From NCBI GenBank assembly GCA_963773605.1, contig CAVZBT010000010.1:281608-345607 (forward strand): DNA of 64,000 bases, given 5' to 3'. Below the pieces are notes generated by a model. The model was not told the origin of the DNA. It did not search any database and saw only the letters and a list, made by a program, of their open reading frames with translations. This stretch comes from an uncultured Acidobacteriota bacterium. GTDB lineage: Bacteria > Acidobacteriota > UBA6911. Positions 35,858 to 46,653 of this stretch are shown here, in pieces. Numbering within the stretch: the first letter of the stretch is position 1; every line of letters begins with the position of its first letter. Both the position numbers and the translations under genes were made by a program.

Positions 35858-36149
35858 TGTGCCTGCCAAAAACTCGGTGGTCGTTGAAATCGTTGCTCCT
35901 GCTGGTTCGTGCAGCTATCGTTGCGAGCCATGCCCAACGTGCTGACTTCCGTGCTGGCCGGGCTTGCGTCGACCTTACGGACACGAACCTCGCTTCAAAT
36001 CGAGATCCTGGCTCTCCGGCAACAACTCGGGGGTCTCCAAAGGACTCGGCGCGGACGATCCGGGTTGGAGCCTGGGACCGGTTCCTGTGAGTCACGCTCC
36101 TCGCTTCGGGGCCGACTGGCGCGGCGATCGATCTAGGGGTCAACGTACT
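35858..36149 (+). mobile_element. 5' remnant of an rve-integrase-type IS element (copy 1 of 3)
   Basis: Begins TGTGCCTGCCAAAAACTCGGTGGTCGTTGAAATCGTTG. Encodes MPNVLTSVLAGLASTLRTRTSLQIEILALRQQL..LQR...DRFL*V, the typical N-terminus of an integrase/transposase, with an in-frame stop. Ends at the PEGA gene stop. Confidence 0.55.
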
Positions 36150-36776
36150 TCACTTGGGGTTGACACCAGCCTGACGGCTGGTCTGCAGTGCGTCCACAGC
36201 TGACATGCCGGCCGGAAACAGGTCTGTCTTGAGTTCGAATTTTTGGGTCGGCACCAGGGTGATTTGAGTCTCCAAGGGACGATAGCCGGGGAGTGCGACT
36301 CTGACGCTATAGGACCCTGCCGGCAGCAACATAGCCTGACCTGGGCCGTCGAATTCGTCCACATGACCGACAAAACCACCATTCAGGAATACGGCGGCGC
36401 GATTCGGTTTCACGATGATTCGCATTTCAGCGTTTGTTTCAGGATTCAGTGCCCTTGGATCGCGTTCGAGTCTGATAGGCACAGTCAGAACTCTCCCAGG
36501 TTCGATCACAACTCTCAAAGCGAGATCCCGATATCCTGCGTAGCGAATCGTGATCTGGTGCTCCCCGGGTACGAGCAACAGCTTGTCTGATCCCTTGAGT
36601 TCGGAAATGTATCCGACATACGCGTCATTCACCCATACGCCTGCGAGCTTATCGACTTTGCCGGCAGGTTCAAACTCGAGCTGTCCAAGAGTCTTGCTGG
36701 CCGCATGGCCCGATACCAGCAGACTAATGGAAACAAGGACGGCGTATATACTCACGGTTTGAGGTTTCAGCGTCAT
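36150..36776 (-). CDS. PEGA domain-containing secreted protein
   Basis: 208 aa. Signal peptide. Two PEGA-like modules (VWVNDAYVGY...LVPGEHQITIRYAGY and VFLNGGFVGH...LPAGSYSVRVALPGY). Confidence 0.8.
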   Translation of the reverse strand: MTLKPQTVSIYAVLVSISLLVSGHAASKTLGQLEFEPAGKVDKLAGVWVNDAYVGYISELKGSDKLLLVPGEHQITIRYAGYRDLALRVVIEPGRVLTVPIRLERDPRALNPETNAEMRIIVKPNRAAVFLNGGFVGHVDEFDGPGQAMLLPAGSYSVRVALPGYRPLETQITLVPTQKFELKTDLFPAGMSAVDALQTSRQAGVNPK

Positions 36777-37212
36777 GATGCCTCCTCTCTACATAGTGAA
36801 TCCCCGAACTCCACGCACTTACATCCAAGTGCGACGAATCGATGGACTCACGCTTTACGTGACCGCGGCAAATCTCTCTCCAATGCCGGAAAGACCGACA
36901 TACCGTTTTGTTCTTTATAGGATACGGCGAGTGTAGATAGCGGCGACGTTGACCTCAAAGACGGGCATCGGGGAGAAATTCCCGTTACCCCGTGCGTGCA
37001 ACGCGCTAAGCAGGCTACGAGTAGCCAGAAATAACGAAGGCCGACCAAGTCCCAGTTTCGGTGCACGAGCATCCGGCGCAGGTGTCCCCGTCCCTCTGGG
37101 GTTGGATGGAGCGAGGCTCCGGCGCGTCCTTCTCCAACGCCAAGTGCGTCCTCGATCCGGCCCAAAATAGCGGGGCGATCCGGCAACGAAGCAAAGACTG
37201 GCGTACGGCTGT

Positions 37213-37725
37213 TTACCTTCTTCTGATGATTTTCTTATATTCGGGCGTGCTGGGAGTCTGCGGTTTATTGCTTGAGAAGGGCGCAAGGTTGATGACACGA
37301 GGATGAGACGATTCTGCCTGCTCTTCCGCACTCGCAGGCTCGGTACCCCGCTGGAGGATTGTTATCGGGAGGCCGTAAACCGGCGCCAGGCCCGCTATCG
37401 TCAGGACGCCCACTCTGCAAAATCTCCCAGTATTGGCTTCCAATTGAATCGTCATGGTGCCCAGACCAATACCAGAGTCACCGTCCAGGATCTCAATCCA
37501 CTCGACATAACCGCTGTTTCGGATTGTCCACTTCACCGATGGACTCACCTTTATCGCGAGTTTATGCGTTCCACCCTCACTTGGCATGACAAACTCGGCG
37601 AACCCGGAATGACTTATCAGCGATTTACAGTCTGATTTCCCGATTTGTTCGGGGTTCGCCAATGCAATCAATGGCACGCAAAGCGCTAGACACAGGTATC
37701 TCACCAGAGGCGGCATTCTTTGCAT
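37213..37725 (-). CDS. secreted hypothetical protein (BACON/Ig-like beta domain suspected)
   Basis: 170 aa. Signal peptide MQRMPPLVRYLCLALCVPLIALA. W..I..G.G.G...I....N....R.G.L.I pattern. Lies in an AT-richer segment. Confidence 0.55.
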   Translation of the reverse strand: MQRMPPLVRYLCLALCVPLIALANPEQIGKSDCKSLISHSGFAEFVMPSEGGTHKLAIKVSPSVKWTIRNSGYVEWIEILDGDSGIGLGTMTIQLEANTGRFCRVGVLTIAGLAPVYGLPITILQRGTEPASAEEQAESSHPRVINLAPFSSNKPQTPSTPEYKKIIRRR

Positions 37726-38078
37726 GAGTCAACCTCGATCAATCACGGAACGGTTTAGAAGAATCAAGTCATATTGCGATATCGTCCTTCTTGGTAATGC
37801 TCATTATTCTTTTTTTTATGATTATATCAGTCGAAACGGCGACTGGATTTTACGGCCTCTTCGTTTCCACCGGGCCGGAACCTGGGGCCGTTTAGCCATC
37901 AGGAAAGGCGCCCCAGCGAACACGGCTGGAAGACACCAGTCTTCACCGCCACGTCGCTATCAAGGCGCAAAAGGCAAATTGTCTCAGGCGGTTCTTGACA
38001 GGCGAAACGCCGCCCGTTGGAACCCCGGTGGACCCAACGCGGGATTTCGAACAAACCTCGCCCAGGAAGCTGCGATTC

Positions 38079-39212
38079 TTACGCTACCGGGATCGATGTT
38101 CTGCTGTACTTTACGACGTACTCTTTGTTGATGGCGTACTCGTCGATGTACTTGTCGTACATCCCGACCACCACCGCGTCGGTCGACTTGATGTTCGCCA
38201 TAACGTATTTGAACACCCCCTCCACGTAATCCTGCCGCTGGGCCCTACGACCGTCGGCGAGGAGCTTGTACACAAAGCAGGGCCGCTTGCTCTGTTGGAC
38301 CACCTTGAGCATCTCCGGCGGATCGCCTTGCACAAAAGCTACTTCCCCGCCGTAAAGGTCCGACCAGCGGGCGGGCGCGGTGTGCTGGTCGCTTTCCTCC
38401 ACAGGGTAACCGATTTCCACGGGCATCATTTCGGGGTTGGACTTGAATGCTGAGAGCCATTCCGCATGGGTGCGGCCGTATTTGTACAGGCAGGTCATGT
38501 AGTAATCCACATCCCAGTCCTGGGACTCGACTTCCATGAACACTTCCGGCCGGTGGCTGGTGATGGCTACCAGCACACCTGCATCCCGCACCCTTTTGCA
38601 GTACTCCCGGACCACGCTGAGCTTTTTTTGCCTCCACCAGGCATCCGTGCCGCTGGGTCCGTAGCCGGCGTGGTGAATGCCGATGACACCGTACCCGACC
38701 ATCGCCTTAATGGCTTTCTCGGTATCCGCCCAATTCCCGTCAGGGCCAATATTCGCAATCCCGCTGCCGCAACCCATCAGTTTGCCACCGTGTTCCGCGT
38801 TGTACTGGGCGATGCGGTTTCCGGCTTGTACCATGGTGTTAATGCCCAGCCCTTCACAATGCTTGAGCTGCATCGCCCGCCGTTCGGGTGTGTTCCACGC
38901 CCGAGCATCCTGCACAAGCCTGTCAGAAAAGTGTGAACCGGGGACGTTGATTCCGATAATCAGGCGGGAAACGTTGTGTTTGCCGATGCGGACCGTCGGC
39001 ATCGGCTCATTTGCCAGGGGGCCTGGCATGATCGGCTTAGGTTCGGGACGTCCCCCCTCTCCCCCGCCCCGTCCGCCGGCGCCTGACGGCGGCTGCTGCT
39101 GGGCACTGGCATTTGCCGCCACAGTTGACGCCGCGGCCAGCGTCCCGATCTTTTGAATGAAGCTCCGTCGGGAGCTCTCGCCCGCCGGGCCCGGTTTAGC
39201 ATTTGAATTCAT
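38079..39212 (-). CDS. Tat-exported hypothetical protein (family not recognised)
   Basis: Start at [37 protein letters not shown] (twin-arginine motif) after a GAGGAGG RBS. 377 aa of protein-like sequence. Co-oriented with the TIM-barrel and Gfo/Idh/MocA genes. Confidence 0.7.
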   Translation of the reverse strand: MNSNAKPGPAGESSRRSFIQKIGTLAAASTVAANASAQQQPPSGAGGRGGGEGGRPEPKPIMPGPLANEPMPTVRIGKHNVSRLIIGINVPGSHFSDRLVQDARAWNTPERRAMQLKHCEGLGINTMVQAGNRIAQYNAEHGGKLMGCGSGIANIGPDGNWADTEKAIKAMVGYGVIGIHHAGYGPSGTDAWWRQKKLSVVREYCKRVRDAGVLVAITSHRPEVFMEVESQDWDVDYYMTCLYKYGRTHAEWLSAFKSNPEMMPVEIGYPVEESDQHTAPARWSDLYGGEVAFVQGDPPEMLKVVQQSKRPCFVYKLLADGRRAQRQDYVEGVFKYVMANIKSTDAVVVGMYDKYIDEYAINKEYVVKYSRTSIPVA

Positions 39213-39541
39213 GGCTGTCTGCCTCCTCTGCAAAGATAATGTCGCCTCGCCCAATGCAAACCACACTCCGGTGTCGCGTCTTAACTGGAAATCTCCATGC
39301 CAGGACTCCAGTCTTCTTCAGCCCCCCGCAGAGCGGTAGAAAAAACCTGGGAAACAGAGCACGTCAGAGCCGCAGGTGTAAGGGAGCGGATAGGCGGTAG
39401 CCATTGGGACAACCAACCCGCTCGCTGACGCTCTCGGCTCCGACCGGTTGCATCCAGACCATCGTCTCTGCGTTGCCTCTGCGTCCTTGGCGCCTCCGCG
39501 GTCGCGTTTTGGTTGCCCGATGTCTTCATGTGCCGCAGGTT

Positions 39542-40468
39542 CTAAATATTGGCGAGGATCACATCAAGGATCTTTTTCGTGTTCTCGTAAGGATCAGGAC
39601 CCATATTAGTTCCAGCCTCGATCGAGTAAAGCCCTTTGTACCCGAGCTCTTTGGTAAGAGCCAACGCCTTGGGCAGGTCATACCTCGCCGGGTTCATCTT
39701 GACGTGGCAATTGCCGTCAGTGATAGGGAACATCGCCCGTATGCCGGCGTGTTGCGATTCCTGATCGGTGAAGTTGCCCAGATCGCAATTTGCGTAGACG
39801 CCGGCGCCTTTTATGACCTCCACCAGCGTGACGTAGTCTATCGGGGCCGGCGCCGCAGGCGTGGGCGGTGCAGCGGTGGGGGTACCGCGGGCGGCGGAGC
39901 GAGGAGCACTGCGATTCTCGACGCCCACCATTATTCTTCTTGCCTTGCCATAAGCTCCTATCAGCTTGAGAGCTGCAATCGCGACCTGCTTGCTCTCCTG
40001 AGTCAGGGCGCCCTGGTTTACCATTACTCGGGGACAGCCGAGAGTCGCCGCGTGATCGATCCACTGTTTGGTCAGGTCGATCGCCTGCAGCCGCAGCACG
40101 GGTTCCGGCGCGGAAACAGTCAACGCGCCAAACTCGAGGTTGATGTTCGTCACCTGAGACTTCGTCTTCGCCAGACGGGCACGAAATTCCTTAAGCCAGG
40201 CTTCTTCGGTCGAGGGAATGTGGGTGTGCTGCAACTCGACGTGGTGGATGCCGAAGCGATCGGCATACATCTGCCCGATGTCCATCAGGTCGAGCGTTCT
40301 CGCCGGTTCGTCCGGTTGGTTGGCATTCTTCAGAATGTTGCCGAAGCTCAGGCTCATGATAGCGAGACGGGCAAGCTTGGCTTGATCTCGACTCTGGGCC
40401 CGTGCTCGACTCGTGGCTGCAAGTCCGGCTGCCGCTGCAGCCCCAACAAGAAACTCTCGACGATTCAT
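39542..40468 (-). CDS. Tat-exported sugar phosphate isomerase/epimerase (xylose isomerase-like TIM barrel)
   Basis: MNRREFLVGAAAAAGLAATSRARA Tat signal. TIM-barrel family pattern (...HHVELQ..., ...YSIEA...). Confidence 0.85.
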   Translation of the reverse strand: MNRREFLVGAAAAAGLAATSRARAQSRDQAKLARLAIMSLSFGNILKNANQPDEPARTLDLMDIGQMYADRFGIHHVELQHTHIPSTEEAWLKEFRARLAKTKSQVTNINLEFGALTVSAPEPVLRLQAIDLTKQWIDHAATLGCPRVMVNQGALTQESKQVAIAALKLIGAYGKARRIMVGVENRSAPRSAARGTPTAAPPTPAAPAPIDYVTLVEVIKGAGVYANCDLGNFTDQESQHAGIRAMFPITDGNCHVKMNPARYDLPKALALTKELGYKGLYSIEAGTNMGPDPYENTKKILDVILANI

Positions 40469-40924
40469 GACACCTCCGTATTTATTCCAAAGTGGTCAGT
40501 CATCAGTGGCTGGTGGCCAGAAGTCAGGAGGCACGATTCTAAATCAAATCGGCACAAAGAGACATTCTTTCTGTGCTACTGTCTCGAAAACAAAGCGCAG
40601 AGGCGCGGAGAACGCAGAGGCTCGCAGAGATTAAGACTGGGGTCAGCGATCAAAGGTCGAGGAGACGCTGTGAATCTCTTCGCCGCGCCGGCGGCGGGCA
40701 AGCGTCCCAGACCCGTCCCGGCCACAGCGCGAGAATAGAATGCCAAGTGCGCTTGCCCGGCACCGGCCCGGGGAAGAGAACAACGCGCAGCGCTGACCTG
40801 CCAGGTCATTCACAGCGTCCCCTCGACCTTTGCCTGCGTTCATCCGTGTCCCCACAAACGTTATCGTGTTTACGGAATCCGGTACTGAGCGGCGCCGTAA
40901 TCGGTACACTGAGGTCGCGTTGGT

Positions 40925-42398
40925 TCAGAGAACTCTCCCTGCGCTTCTATCGGTTGGTATTGGACGCACACCCGTCTTACCTCCCTTTGACATGGTTATG
41001 TCAAGAGGAGCATTCGTTTTATATGATCCGCAGGTAAAATCAGGTATCCTGATAGAGTTTGATCCGTTCGCCACTGACCATTCGCTCAATGGTACTATTG
41101 AGCTCCATGCCGCTGCATCATAAACGTCCTGTTCGACTGGAAGTCCATGCCTTAGACAATCAGCCAAGCGCCAGTTCATTAAGAAATCCATGCCGCCGTG
41201 TCCGCCGATTTCCTTCGCCAGATCACCCATACGTTTCACGATTTCCGGCGTGTATCTTTCGGTTAACGCCTTCATCTCCTCGTCATTAAACCATTCATCG
41301 TTTCCTTGTGATATTCTGCCCGGAAGCGGGTATTTCTGTAAGATCCCTTTCGTGCCACTTATCGTGTGGATACGTGAATAGACACGAGGACTGGTTATAT
41401 CGTATTGCAGCATGATGGTCTTGCCATTGTGAGTCCTGATGATTGAAGTATTCATGTTGCCGCGATACGAGTCTGTGTCGAATTCTTTGTAAAAGCTGTC
41501 TGTGCTTTGCCAGTTCCGCAGCCATCTTTCCCATGATAAAGTCGTTGGATGACATTGATGTCATGAGGATCAATCTATCCCCCCGGTTGATGTTCATTGC
41601 CTGGCATATTGGTCCTATACCGTGGGAAGGATAGAGATTACAGTTGCGATGTTGACTTTCTCTCACACGCCACATGTCTCCACCTTCTGGTATCGGAACA
41701 AAATTGTTTTGATGGTGGAGATAACCCGCATCGGCATGAATCAGTTCCCCGAAGAACCCCTGTCTGATCATATTGAGTGTCAATAATTCAAAATAGTCGT
41801 AACAGCAGTTTTCGAGCATCATGCAATGTTTCTTTGTTCTTTCAGATGTTTCGACTAACTGCCATGCCTCTTCAAGTGTCGATGCTGCAGGAGCCTCAAC
41901 GGCAGCATGTTTACCGTTCTCCATCGCACATACCGCCATTCTTGCATGCAGGGGTCCCCTGGGTACCGCAATGGAAATCAAGTCAAGATCGGGATCTTTG
42001 CACAACTCCTTCCATATATCTTCACTTCCACCATAAGATTTCGCGGCAGGTAAGCCATGCTTGGAAAGTATCTTCTGTGCATTTTCTACCCGGACCATCC
42101 TTTTATCACACAGGGCTTTGATTTCGACGCCTTCAACAAATGCCATGGCATCGACATTTACCGGGCCACGATTACCGAGACCTATAAAACCGACACGCAC
42201 TTTGTCAAGCTTTGGAGCTGAATATCCGCACATATTAAAGAGTTGTTTGTGGTCTTGTTCAGTGACTTCTTTTGTGTGTGCGAAAGGGTCGGAGCGTTTA
42301 TTATTCTTTCCTGAATCCTTTGAGGTCATCCCGGTTGCCAACATTCCGGTACCCGCAACACCCGCGAGCCGGAAAAAATTTCTTCGGTCTGTTTTCAT
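40925..42398 (-). pseudogene. Tat-exported Gfo/Idh/MocA-family oxidoreductase, frameshifted near 41505-41515
   Basis: The N-terminal 41295-42413 ORF and the C-terminal 40925-41455 ORF together align along the full length of the intact paralog at 53885-55378. They join at ...MAAEL / QSTDSFYKEFDTDSYRGNMNTSIIRTHNG. Start MKTDRRNFF follows GGAGGAG. Confidence 0.75.
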
Positions 42399-42649
42399 CG
42401 TGGTCTCCTCCATGCGGATATTACCGCATGGTGTGGCTTTCGTGGCATCCCTGTAAAGAGAATTGAGAAGAGGATCTCAACCGATCCTCGGCCATGTGTG
42501 ACGTGGTTGCCAGTCGGCCGACGGGATGCGGCAATCCCTAATAAAAACGGGATGTTAGGGAGTAATCCGAGGGGAAGTCCATGCAATCAGCAAACGCCCT
42601 GGAGGATTCTGCAACCGATCCCCGGTTCAAAGCGCCGCGTAACTTGGGG

Positions 42650-43603
42650 TCACGCTTTTTCAAACACTGTTTTCGCCAGGATGGCCTGTGTCAACCGCAC
42701 ACCTTTCAGATCGTCCTGCCAGAGCTGCCCTTCGCTGACACCGGGCGGCAGCGGGAGCGGTGCGGTCTGTCCCGGCGCAAACCGCGGCATGACCTTCAAC
42801 GAGGGCCCGAAGGACGATTCTATGCCCCAGTAGCCGCGGAAACCGGCCTCCTTACAGATGCTGAGGGCACGCTCGATTGCGAAGCCCGGATCGGACCCTT
42901 CCTGGACCCAGACGGGATGCACCGAAATGCCCTTGGCAAAAGGCAATAACTGGCGCAGCCCCTGTTCGTAATCGACTTCCCGGCTGATGTTGATCAAATC
43001 GACAAGTACGCCGAAGGCCGGGTCGTTGACTTCGCTCATCAGAGAAGTGAGAATGCCAGGGTCTGAAGAGGCACCGCCGTGGGTCTCCACAATGACCCCC
43101 ACATTGGCGGCGCGGGCGTATTCGAGGAGGTGCCGGAAGCTTTCGGCGCCGCGTTTCACCAGGTCCTTGTCCTTCTTCCACTCGGGAAGGCCGCCGCGCA
43201 GGTTCGCGCGGATATCGGTACAGCCGAGGTAATGGGCCGCATCGATCCAGCGGCGATGGGCCAGTGAGGCCTGTATCCGCTCGGCCCTGTCCACGGCGGA
43301 CATATTGCCCTCGTCGTCCACCATGATGCGCACCAGGCGCACACCGTACTTCTCCGCGGTTTGCTTCAACTGCCGCAGGTAGACGAGGGTCGGGTTTTCA
43401 AAGAACAGGCTCACCAGTTCCAGCGCGCCGATGCCGAACTCCTCGCGCGTGATGCGCGGCAGGTCGAGATTCGCCCAGCGCCGCGAAAAAGCGTAGCTCT
43501 TGACGAGCGACCAGGCAGCGAGGGAAACCTCGCCTTTGGCGGGGGCCGCCGCCATAACGGGCGCAACCGCCAAACCGACCAGGAAATCTCTACGGGACAC
43601 CAT
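42650..43603 (-). CDS. Tat-exported sugar phosphate isomerase/epimerase (xylose isomerase-like TIM barrel)
   Basis: MVSRRDFLVGLAVAPVMAAAPA Tat signal. 317-aa TIM-barrel-like sequence. Confidence 0.85.
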   Translation of the reverse strand: MVSRRDFLVGLAVAPVMAAAPAKGEVSLAAWSLVKSYAFSRRWANLDLPRITREEFGIGALELVSLFFENPTLVYLRQLKQTAEKYGVRLVRIMVDDEGNMSAVDRAERIQASLAHRRWIDAAHYLGCTDIRANLRGGLPEWKKDKDLVKRGAESFRHLLEYARAANVGVIVETHGGASSDPGILTSLMSEVNDPAFGVLVDLINISREVDYEQGLRQLLPFAKGISVHPVWVQEGSDPGFAIERALSICKEAGFRGYWGIESSFGPSLKVMPRFAPGQTAPLPLPPGVSEGQLWQDDLKGVRLTQAILAKTVFEKA

Positions 43604-44337
43604 AGGCTTGCTCCGCCTCGCTGGGCTCTCTCAAAGCCGCGCGCCTTCCAATCCGGAAGGGCGTGTACGCGCCCATGCTGCCGAAGGAACTCAGTTGGGC
43701 GGAACGCTTCAAGCTGGGCCCGGGATGTAGGTTTTGAAGAAGTCGAGCTCAACACCGCGGCCGACGATGCGGAAGCCGAACAGATCAAGGCACGCGTACA
43801 GTCAGTTGAAACGTGCGTTTCACATTGCATGCCGTGGTTTCAAGAAGGAGGCTGTCAGAAATAGACGCGAACGCCCCCTCAGAGTTCCTAATCAGCGCGC
43901 CTGCCGCGGTTGTTACAACGTGTGACGTTTAACAATACACCAGTTCCAGCACAGTCTTAGAGGATCTTATAGGACATTCTATCCAGGGTGCGCAAGGGGA
44001 AAGCAGGTGGGGTGGCAGGGAAATCGCCGGATTGGGGATCGGGCGGCGACCCAAGGGACTGTCGTTCGCGACTCGACTGCAGCCGCAGTTTACACCTGAA
44101 CTGTGTCTCCGGATATTGCCTTTTGGGCGCACCACTACCTTATTCAAAACGGCGCGACCGGCCGGAACCAGAGGTTTCCCGCTTGGACGAGGAAATGCCG
44201 GGCGGACCCAAAGACGTCCGCCGGCCCGCGGGAGAGGATCTCGGGCCAGGCGTCATCGTCGTTAGAAAAGCCCAGCGAGGTGAGTCGGAAGGCGAACGCC
44301 GGGTGAGCGCCTCGGCGAGGAGCGCGGCCGCCCGGCC

Positions 44338-44725
44338 TCAGTCATGAGCCAGCAGGCTCCGGATGCCGTCCTCCAGCGAGACCTTCGGCCGCCAGCCCGG
44401 GACCCTCGGGCCCGCCCAGGGCCGCATCACCTCGCGCGGCCGATAGGGACGCCCTCCCCACCGACCGGCACGCGCTTGCCGCCTATGCGCTCGATGAGCC
44501 GCACGAGCGCCCGCATGGAAGACCGCCCGCAGCCGGACCCTCTCGAAGAGCTCAACCATTGGAACCTGTGCTCCCGTCGTGGACGTGGGCCTGAAGCCCG
44601 GATGCGGCCGGCAGGCGGGAACGGTCCGAGGCAGGCCGCAGGACCGCGTGGACCTTGGCGCCTTCTGGCGCCAAGCGCGACGCCAGACCGCTCCCGACAT
44701 AGCCGGTCGCGCCGGTGACGATCAC
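44338..44725 (-). pseudogene. remnant of an NAD-dependent epimerase/dehydratase (SDR) gene with internal deletion and frameshifts
   Basis: Minus-strand reading gives VIVTGATGYVGSGLASRL...KVHAVLRP (Rossmann N-terminus). After frame changes it gives MVELFERVR..AVFH, then the typical C-terminus ...GWRPKVSLEDGIRSLLAHD. Only about 390 nt remain of an expected 950 nt or so. Confidence 0.6.
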
Positions 44726-44855
44726 CTCGCCGATGGCGGTTGGGGTCGCACTCTCCCTAGTCTTAGTCTAGAAACATAGAGGAGCTAATGCGAGTACGGA
44801 GCGAGGGGCGTGCTCCGCAACAACTTGCGATATTTCCCCTTTGTACTGACGGAAA

Positions 44856-45915
44856 TTACGCCGCTCCTGATTCAAGCGATGACCCGTTGCGCACGAGCAC
44901 GATCTTGCCCGTCACGCCTCCCTTCCCGAGCAGCTCGTGCGCGTGTCTTGCCTCGGCAAGAGGAAATCGCTGCGCGATCAGCGGCTTGATCTTCTGCTGT
45001 TGAAGGAGGTCGAACAGGGCGATCAAATCCTGTCGAAACAATGCCGGTCTCAGCCGTTTGAGCCACTGGATGCTGTAGGGGACCACCCGTTTCCGGCCCG
45101 GGAGAAGCCAGCCGCCGGCAATGTACAACCCGAAGATGGCGATTCCATGAAAGCGATGACCGACGACCTGAAGCCAATCGCCCCCCGCGTAGCGAGGAAG
45201 TAAGACCATAGGCCACTACCGTCCCGCCAGGACGGAGAGCCTTGCGGGAACGCCAGATATGGGTGCCACCGATGCCGTCAAAGACAACGTCTACGCCCTC
45301 GCCCGTGAGGCGGTGAATTTCTTTCACGAAGTCCTGATGCTGGTAATCAATCGGGATACCGCCCAGGTCGGAAACGGCCGACGCCCCTCGCGATGAACAG
45401 GTACCGTACATCTCCAGCCCGGCGAGGCGCCCAAGCTGCAATAGCGCCGAGCCGACCCCGCCTGCCGCGCCGTGGATCAACACGCGCTGGCCCGGTCTGA
45501 CCTTAGCGGAGCGATGCAGCATCTGGTACGCCGTGACGTAGTTCAGCACGAGGCTGACAGCCTCGGCGGCGTCCAACCCAGATGGCACCGGAACCAGTTC
45601 ACGTTGCGGCAGGCAGACGAACTCCGCGTACGCGCCGCTGATCGGCAGCGCGGCAACTATCTGGCCTGGTTCGATTCCAGAGACACCGTCGCCGAGCCGA
45701 TCCACCACGCCGACCAGATCCCACCCCGGCGTGAAGGGCAGCCGGGGCGTCTCGGGATGAACGCCCTCGCGCATCAGCAGGTCGGGCAAGGAGACACCTG
45801 CGGCCAGCACTCTCACCCGCACTTCACCATCCTTCGGCTCGGGGCACTCTTCTTCAATCACCCGAAGTGCATCGGGCCCGCCGTAGTGAGTGACGATGAT
45901 GCGCGTGTGTCTCAT
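44856..45915 (-). pseudogene. zinc-type alcohol dehydrogenase/quinone oxidoreductase (MDR family), frameshifted in a C6/G6 homopolymer
   Basis: The N-terminal frame (MRHTRIIVTHYGGPDALRV...GAAGGVGSALLQL...) is protein-like up to ...VVAYGLTSSLRGG. The C-terminus (DWLQVVGHRFHG...GKGGVTGKIVLV) continues in the frame of ORF 44856-45209. The switch coincides with CCCCCC at 45181-45186. Confidence 0.7.
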
Positions 45916-46653
45916 GGACCTCTTCCTGTCTTGCCGGGTGACCCCACCAGTTATAATGAACGGGTTTAAGCACCGTAATACTATGCTTCAGCATTCTGCA
46001 AACCCTGCTCCGATTTTGACATTATCGTTCATAAGTCGCAATCTGGGAAGCCAGAGATCCATCATTTTAGGCCATGGGGGCGTATAGTGGCGTATACGGA
46101 CAAAACCCCCTCCCGGCATATGTATCTTACAACCCGCCTTTTGGTCGTTAGTCTGATCACACGGAAAAAAACTGTATGAGGGTACGGGTTGAGATCGTAC
46201 GCGCCTACGACATGGCCCGCTATTAGGTTTTTTATGGATGAAGAAAGGCCGTCAATCTTCTGCTGAAGGTCTTTTCGCGTTGTTTCCAGAGATGATTTTA
46301 TTTCGTCAACCCGATCATCAACTTTTGCAATTGCTCCATCAAGTTCTGCAACCTGCCTAAGAAGGAATTCGACCTTGCTGTCCCAAGGCGCGTCTTTAGA
46401 TGCTGAAACCAAAGCATGTACTTTCACCGTGGCTGCAAATGCCTCGCTGACGCCCGCTAGGTAAACGTTCTTGTCTTTTGTAGCGCCCGGGCGCTCCGTG
46501 AGATGGTGACCGGCCGAGGTTTTGGCGAAGGACAGGCCCCTTGCGTTTCTGGATAGAAATGCTTATAAGGATCTCACGGAATACTCTTTCACGGGAAAGC
46601 GGTGCCAGGGCGCGTCGATGCGGCACCGCTGCGCACTGCTGATCGAGCCTGAC

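Noticed and set aside
46062-46427. 121-aa ORF with a coiled-coil-like first half (…FLLRQVAELDGAIAKVDDRVDEIKSSLETTRKDLQQKIDGL…)
   Set aside because: It starts at a GTG with no RBS. The frame is open upstream without an ATG, and the second half reads as non-protein-like sequence. It is probably a relic fragment in the AT-rich decayed segment, too weak to call.
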